Assembly (NCBI GenBank): GCA_044371675.1
Contig: JBILTF010000002.1
Span: forward strand, 5,962-69,961
DNA: 64,000 nucleotides
Source: Flavobacteriales bacterium
Lineage (GTDB): Bacteria > Bacteroidota > Bacteroidia > Flavobacteriales_D > Sanyastnellaceae
Reading direction: 5' to 3'
Below the pieces are notes generated by a model. It was given only the letters and a program-made list of their open reading frames with translations. It did no database searches and was not told where the DNA came from. Made by a program: the position numbers and the translations under genes. Positions 59,160-64,000 of this stretch are shown here, piece after piece (the first letter of the stretch is position 1; each line of letters begins with the position of its first letter).

Positions 59160-59435
59160 ATGAATGCAACACACGTTTTAGCCATATTAACCATTCACAC
59201 AGACAACCTTCCTGAAAACTTTCAAGAAATAATCAAACACGAAAGAGAAGTTGTTGCCGCATGGAAATCAGAGGGATTTTTAGAACAACTGTTTCTTCGT
59301 CCAACTAGAAATGGAGCTATTCTAATCTTCAAAAATTTAACGGAAGAAAAAGTTAATGAAAAGATGAAGACGCTGCCGCTATATCCTTTGATGAAATCGT
59401 TGGAGGTGCTTCCTTTAATTGCGGACACCATTTAA
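59160..59435 (+). CDS. muconolactone delta-isomerase-like small protein
   Basis: 91 aa. The family-like pattern ...EREVVAAWKSEGFLEQLFLRP...GAILIF...E.V...LPLYPLM matches my recollection of the MIase fold family. Confidence 0.6.
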   Translation: MNATHVLAILTIHTDNLPENFQEIIKHEREVVAAWKSEGFLEQLFLRPTRNGAILIFKNLTEEKVNEKMKTLPLYPLMKSLEVLPLIADTI

Positions 59436-59437
59436 AA

Positions 59438-59510
59438 GGGAAGAGAAGTTAAGAGAGGTTAAGAGAAGGGAAGACTAAATACAGGTTAAGAGAGGTCAAA
59501 AAAAGGGAAG
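59438..59510 (+). repeat. AAGAG-word array (purine strand up), starting 3 nt after the stop codon of the MIase-like gene
   Basis: GGGAAGAGAAG TTAAGAGAGG TTAAGAGAAGG GAAGAC ... GGTTAAGAGAGG ... GGGAAG. Confidence 0.85.
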
Positions 59511-59517
59511 ATTTCTT

Positions 59518-59865
59518 TTATTCCAGCTTGGATTTTATTGTGAGAATGGACTTATTGAGCATGAAGTGAATGTGACGGCACTGCTTTTCTAGAGTGGCTG
59601 TTTTTTCTTCTGAAACGTATTTCATTTCTTTTATAAGGTGAAGCCAATACAAAGTTTCTTTACACTCTTTGAATGAAATGTACTGTTTGTTCAAGAAGTC
59701 CTTTTGGGAAATTGCTCCTTGTGATTCCGCTAGGTTGGCCCCAATAGATGTTCCGCTTCGCGCGATTTGCTTCGATAAAATGAATTCTTTCTTTTCGTAA
59801 AGTTCATTTGCTAACTTTAGAATTCCAATTGCAAGCTCAGTTGCAACGTCGTTGATGTACGCCAT
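59518..59865 (-). CDS. four-helix-bundle protein (TIGR02436; 23S rRNA intervening-sequence ORF / DGR Avd family)
   Basis: MAYINDVATEL...LSKQIARSGTSIGANLAESQGAISQKDFLNKQYISFKECKETLYWLHL is the family signature. I prefer the ATG 5 codons inside the TTG-started track ORF. Confidence 0.85.
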   Translation of the reverse strand: MAYINDVATELAIGILKLANELYEKKEFILSKQIARSGTSIGANLAESQGAISQKDFLNKQYISFKECKETLYWLHLIKEMKYVSEEKTATLEKQCRHIHFMLNKSILTIKSKLE

Positions 59866-60000
59866 ACTTTTTTCTGGCAAATCTCAACATCTAAATTCTA
59901 AAACTCAACAAGCCCTTATGCCATAAACACCTAACAAATCCCCTGTAAATCCTATCAACAGGGCTATTCATGATGAAATAACAAGTTCAATCTCACCATT

Positions 60001-60115
60001 TCTTCCCCTCTCTTACCTCTTCTTACCCTCTCTTACCATTTTTTCTTCCCCTCTCTTAAACGCTCTTCCCAATTAAATCTTCCCCCCTCTTACCTTCTCT
60101 TCCCCTCTCTTAACC
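60001..60115 (-). repeat. AAGAG-word array in inverted orientation (pyrimidine strand up), abutting the stop codon of the minus-strand TPR-like gene
   Basis: CTTCCCCTCTCTTACC TCTTCTTACC CTCTCTTACC ... CTTCCCCTCTCTTAAA ... CTCTTCCC ... CTTCCCCCCTCTTACC TTCTCTTCCC CTCTCTTAACC. At least 7 CTCTT cores. Confidence 0.85.
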
Positions 60116-60642
60116 TATCTCCTAACCATTTTCGGACTGGCATTCAACATCTTCTTCACTTGCTTGATGTCGTTTTTCAAATATCCTTTGGTGTCCAATG
60201 ATTCTGCTTTTTTCAAATGCATGGTCGCTGTCATCTTATCGTTCTTATTTCCAGATAAAACAGCCAAATTCAAATACACAGCGGCTTTGTCAACGTCTTT
60301 CTTCAAACCTAAACGCAACGCTTCTTTGAACAAACGCTCGCTCTCAGAGAACTTGTTCGTTTGAACATCCATAGATCCTTTGATGAAAAAGTAATATCCA
60401 CGTTGATTCTTCCACAATTGATTCACCTTGATGCGCTCTAACCATTTGCGAGCCTTTTCAATTTTCTGAACTTGCATGTAATAAAACACCAATATCATGC
60501 GGACACTTCGCGTGCACATGAAAACCAATACCGCAGATGGAATAATCATGGCAATTCCCCGCCCCCAATATCCATCACTAAACAAAAGAATGGTCATAAA
60601 CACGCTCGATAGCGCAAACAAAAACTTTATAGCATGATTCAT
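60115..60642 (-). CDS. hypothetical membrane protein with TPR-like C-terminal region
   Basis: The internal Met gives MNHAIKFLFALSSVFMTILLF. Two TM helices, then helical repeats (EALRLGLKKDVDKAAVYLNLAVL). Confidence 0.5.
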   Translation of the reverse strand: MNHAIKFLFALSSVFMTILLFSDGYWGRGIAMIIPSAVLVFMCTRSVRMILVFYYMQVQKIEKARKWLERIKVNQLWKNQRGYYFFIKGSMDVQTNKFSESERLFKEALRLGLKKDVDKAAVYLNLAVLSGNKNDKMTATMHLKKAESLDTKGYLKNDIKQVKKMLNASPKMVRR

Positions 60643-60716
60643 AATTCTATGTTTGAAGTGCAAATGTACGAAACACATTGAAGTATATTCGCACAGCTGA
60701 TTTTTATTCGAAAACC

Positions 60717-62618
60717 ATGAAAATGAAACCACTTTTTTTAGCCTTAATTACTGCGTCAACTGCATTAAGCTCTTGGGCTCAACCCGATTCTATCAAAGTC
60801 ATCGAAGGTATTCAACCCCCAAGACCTTATGTTATTCCTAAACCATATATAAACCTTCCTTCAATAGAAACCTACGTTCTCGTTGGGACAAGCATTCAAG
60901 AAAAAAGATTGAACGGCAATTACGGACGCGATGTTCAAGTGATTACGAAGAAAGATATTCTGTCTCTTCCCGTTCGCAGTGTGAACGAACTGTTGGGCTA
61001 TGTATCTGGACTAGACATTCGCGAACGCGGGCCGTTCGGGGCGCAGGCAGATCTTTCCATGATGGGTGCAGGATTTGAGCAATGCTTGATTCTAATCAAC
61101 GGTGTTCCCATGCGCGACCCGCAGACCGGTCACCACATGCTGAACCTTCCGGTAGACCTTTCTCAAATTGAACGCATTGAAGTCATGAACGGAACGGCCG
61201 GAAGAATCTACGGCTCCAACGCTTTGGCTGGCGCAATTAATATTATTACATCAACTCCGAATGCAGGAACCTCATTTGTTGAAACCTTCAACGCGACTGC
61301 TTCCTCTCAAGAAGGATTTGTTGCCAACGGTATTCAAGCCATGGCCGCCTTCGGAAAAGGAAAATCACAACACAGCATCTCATTGGGTCAATTCAAAACA
61401 AATGGTTACCGATACAATTCCGCAAATGATCAACAACGCATCAGTTACCTCGGGCATTACCAGTTGAAGCGAAATAACTCGCTTGATGTCATGGCTGGAC
61501 ATTTCAAAAACATCTTCGGAGCGAATGGCTTTTACGCTTATCCGTTTGACAAAGACGCAGTTGAAGAAGTGAACACTTCCTTTGTTTCAGCAAAAGCAAA
61601 TATTGTAGATGCAAAAAACATCTGGACGTTTAAACCCATTGTATACGCACGTTTCAACAAAGATCATTACGTTCTTATTGAAGACAACCCGCGCTATTAC
61701 GAAAACACGCACAACAGCGCAGCCGCCGGCCTTGAATTACACGCGACCCGCGCTAACAAATTCGGTCAGTTCGGTATTGGTGCTGAAGCGAGAACTGAAA
61801 TGATACGAAGCACCAATCTTGGAGATCGTAACCGTTCCTTCTATAATATTTACGGAGAAGAGCGCTTTATGCTTGGGAAATTCAATACCACTCTTGGTGT
61901 GAATGCGCAGTACAACACTGCCAATGGGGTAAGCTTCTTTCCAGGAATCGAGACCATTCGTCACTTCACAAACAAGTCTGCCATCTTCGCAAATGTTGGA
62001 ACTGGCAATCGACTTCCTTCCTACACTGAATTGTATTACTCGGATCGTGCGAACACCGGAAACGATTCGCTCTTAGGAGAAAAAGCTCGCAACGTAGAAG
62101 TGGGTTTCAAGAAATTCGGAAAGTTGAATTTCACCGCAAGCGGATTTTATCGTAGCGTATACAACGCCATCAACTACACGCGTGAAAACGACTTAGACAA
62201 ATGGACGCCTTCCAACTTTACTACCGTGAATTTCTTGGGAGTGAACGCCAATTTGCATTGGCAAGTAGGCGACAACGCATCTTTAAAGTTGAATTACACT
62301 TACCTCGATGCGCGACTAGGAACAGAGAACGATGTGCAAAGTAAGTACGCCTTGTATCACGCAAGACATCGCGTTACTTTTCAATACCGTCAGCAAATCA
62401 CAAACACATTCAGCACAAACATGACCGTTCGCTATACCGAACGTTTCACTGGAACAAACTATACAGTCCTTGATTTTCGTGGCATGTGGAAGCTGAATGA
62501 AAACATTACTATGAATTTCGATGTGACGAATTTGCTTGACAGAAAATACATTGATCAAGGGTACATTGAAATGCCTGGACGTTGGTTCCGCGTTGGATTT
62601 CGTTTCAATATAAACTAA
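60717..62618 (+). CDS. TonB-dependent outer-membrane receptor
   Basis: MKMKPLFLALITASTALSSWAQ signal peptide. Plug blocks (RSVNELL, GxxxxxxxxRG, IERIEVMNG). C-terminal ...WFRVGFRFNIN. Confidence 0.88.
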   Translation: MKMKPLFLALITASTALSSWAQPDSIKVIEGIQPPRPYVIPKPYINLPSIETYVLVGTSIQEKRLNGNYGRDVQVITKKDILSLPVRSVNELLGYVSGLDIRERGPFGAQADLSMMGAGFEQCLILINGVPMRDPQTGHHMLNLPVDLSQIERIEVMNGTAGRIYGSNALAGAINIITSTPNAGTSFVETFNATASSQEGFVANGIQAMAAFGKGKSQHSISLGQFKTNGYRYNSANDQQRISYLGHYQLKRNNSLDVMAGHFKNIFGANGFYAYPFDKDAVEEVNTSFVSAKANIVDAKNIWTFKPIVYARFNKDHYVLIEDNPRYYENTHNSAAAGLELHATRANKFGQFGIGAEARTEMIRSTNLGDRNRSFYNIYGEERFMLGKFNTTLGVNAQYNTANGVSFFPGIETIRHFTNKSAIFANVGTGNRLPSYTELYYSDRANTGNDSLLGEKARNVEVGFKKFGKLNFTASGFYRSVYNAINYTRENDLDKWTPSNFTTVNFLGVNANLHWQVGDNASLKLNYTYLDARLGTENDVQSKYALYHARHRVTFQYRQQITNTFSTNMTVRYTERFTGTNYTVLDFRGMWKLNENITMNFDVTNLLDRKYIDQGYIEMPGRWFRVGFRFNIN

Positions 62619-62664
62619 AACAACCCCTGCGATTGAGTTATCTTAGCGTGCAATAATTAGAAAA

Positions 62665-63417
62665 ATGTCGGCATTCGGAAACCTTTTCAAAAAGAAAAAC
62701 CCTCAATTGGATGAGGCGCTTAGCTTCGCTCCTATCGTTGCCGACATGCACAGTCATTTGCTTCCGGGAATTGACGATGGTTCTGTAGATATGGAAAATT
62801 CCATTGAACTTATTTCCGCGTTGCACAGCATGGGATACAAAAAGCTCATTACTACTCCGCATATTTTCTGGGACATGTATAAAAACACTACCGAAATTAT
62901 TCGCGAAAAGGAAGCCCTTGTTAAAACTGAATTGAGTTTACGCGGAATTACTATCGAATTTCAAGCAGCTGCAGAATACTACGTAGATGAGCACTTTGAA
63001 GAATTAATTGCTAAAGATGACATTCTGAGTTTTGGCGATAAATATGTGTTGTTCGAATTGTCTTTCGATACAGAGCAGATTAATTACAAACGAGCCATAT
63101 TTAATCTGCAATTGAACGGATACAAACCTATTCTTGCCCACCCAGAGCGATACGAGTATTGGCACGGGAACTTTTCAAAATACGAAGATGTTGCAGATCG
63201 CGGCATTCTTATTCAAATCAATACGAACTGTTTAACAGGACATTACGGTCCTGCTGTGAAACGCATTGCGGAGCGCTTGATTGAAGCTGACTTGGTTGAT
63301 TTCATAGGTACAGACTGTCATCATGTGGGACATTTGAATTTATTGGAAGCCATTCGACGTTCTCCCCTTCTAAAAAAACTTGTTGAATCTGGAAGACTTC
63401 TCAATTCAAAATTATAA
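62665..63417 (+). CDS. CpsB/CapC-type PHP-family protein-tyrosine phosphatase
   Basis: VADMHSHLLPGIDDGS, TPHI, AHPERY and GTDCHH metal-binding blocks. Confidence 0.88.
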   Translation: MSAFGNLFKKKNPQLDEALSFAPIVADMHSHLLPGIDDGSVDMENSIELISALHSMGYKKLITTPHIFWDMYKNTTEIIREKEALVKTELSLRGITIEFQAAAEYYVDEHFEELIAKDDILSFGDKYVLFELSFDTEQINYKRAIFNLQLNGYKPILAHPERYEYWHGNFSKYEDVADRGILIQINTNCLTGHYGPAVKRIAERLIEADLVDFIGTDCHHVGHLNLLEAIRRSPLLKKLVESGRLLNSKL

Positions 63418-63490
63418 GAGATTAACATTATTTTATTGTAAACTCGCTGAGTTCAAACCTAAATAACTTAAATTCGAAAAAATAAATAAA

Positions 63491-64000
63491 ATGAGTAAAC
63501 AAATTTGGAATATTGACGCTGCCCACAGTGAAATTGGGTTTAAAGTTCGTCACATGATGATAACTAACGTTAACGGTGTATTCAACGAGTACACAGCAAC
63601 AATGGCAGCTGATGCAACAGATTTTTCAGATGCTGAAATTTCATTTGAAGCTAACATCGATTCAGTAAACACGCGTAACGAACAGCGTGACGGTCATTTG
63701 AAAGGCGAAGAGTTTTTCGACGCAGCACAATTCCCAAAGATTAATTTCAAATCAACTTCTTTCACGAAGACTGGTGATGGCCAATTCGCAATGAAAGGTA
63801 TGTTCAAAATGCACGGAGTTGAGAAAGAAGTTTCTATGAATGTTGAAGTCACAGGAACTGTGGTTGATCCATGGGGACAAGTAAAATCAGGATTTGAAAT
63901 CACAGGTTCTATAAACAGAAGTGAATTCGGATTAACATGGAACGCAACAAGCGAAGATGGTTCTATCGTTTTGGACGAAATAATCAAATTAGCGTTGAAC
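63491..64000 (+). CDS. YceI family (polyisoprenoid-binding) protein, 3' end beyond window
   Basis: Not in the ORF track because there is no stop. My translation is MSKQIWNIDAAHSEIGFKVRHMMITNVNGVFNEY...NTRNEQRDGHLKGEEFFDAAQFPKINFKS... Confidence 0.8.
   Translation, partial: MSKQIWNIDAAHSEIGFKVRHMMITNVNGVFNEYTATMAADATDFSDAEISFEANIDSVNTRNEQRDGHLKGEEFFDAAQFPKINFKSTSFTKTGDGQFAMKGMFKMHGVEKEVSMNVEVTGTVVDPWGQVKSGFEITGSINRSEFGLTWNATSEDGSIVLDEIIKLALN

Noticed and set aside
59438-60115. CRISPR array or diversity-generating retroelement around the four-helix-bundle gene.
   Set aside because: The units are only 10-12 nt and contiguous, without spacers. There are no cas genes, no reverse transcriptase, and no ~100-nt template/variable repeat pair in the window.
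60643-60716. Cobalamin riboswitch upstream of the TonB-dependent receptor. I also considered one upstream of the methylmalonyl-CoA mutase genes.
   Set aside because: The gap is ~75 nt, which is too short, and I see no B12-box-like sequence. The mutase genes have only a 24-nt upstream gap.
55926-60732. tRNA-Ser-linked genomic island containing the hypothetical genes and repeat arrays.
   Set aside because: There is no integrase and no direct repeat of the tRNA 3' end. The tRNA 3' end points away from this region, towards lower coordinates.

Overview
This is 64 kb of densely coding, mostly housekeeping chromosome. I assign it to Bacteroidota, probably a Flavobacteriia-like organism, on internal evidence only. 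Two secreted proteins end in the gliding-motility / T9SS type-B C-terminal domain. The cbb3 oxidase has a fused CcoN-CcoO subunit in a ccoI-ccoS-ccoNO-ccoQ-ccoP-ccoG-ccoH-DsbD_2 cluster. There is an S46 dipeptidyl-peptidase, and TAnnTTTG -7 promoter boxes precede several genes and a tRNA.

Recognisable content:
- RNA and translation: THUMP RNA methyltransferase, SUI1/YciH, DEAD-box helicase, tRNA-Asp(GTC), tRNA-Ser(TGA).
- Metabolism: methylmalonyl-CoA mutase (short beta subunit plus alpha subunit), MazG, FolE plus a PTPS-type enzyme, GcvT.
- Envelope sugar genes: hldD, ugd, uxs and a hexapeptide acetyltransferase.
- Transport and proteolysis: a NatAB-like ABC pair, a penicillin/AHL-acylase-family protein, DPP4, a TonB-dependent receptor and a CpsB-type phosphatase.
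- Signalling: a cassette of porin, half-PBP, histidine kinase, receiver, and receiver-adenylate cyclase.

I see no transposase, integrase, CRISPR array, prophage or recognisable defence genes.

Observations that gene annotation does not explain:
1. Three families of short tandem word arrays (10-12 nt AAGAG words, ~14 nt CGAATG words, a 34 nt unit) lie directly after stop codons in the sense orientation of the upstream gene. One pair brackets a stand-alone Avd-like four-helix-bundle gene in inverted orientation.
2. An outer-membrane-type gene is interrupted by one in-frame TGA.
3. A 45-codon His-rich membrane peptide, absent from the ORF track, sits behind a near-consensus promoter.
4. There are several unusual protein architectures: a CX4CX2C B12-radical SAM protein, a 779-aa polytopic SH3b protein, an LTD-CotH-5x repeat T9SS protein, and a MutA lacking its C-terminal domain.

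Every family assignment comes from reading the translations. No database search was run.
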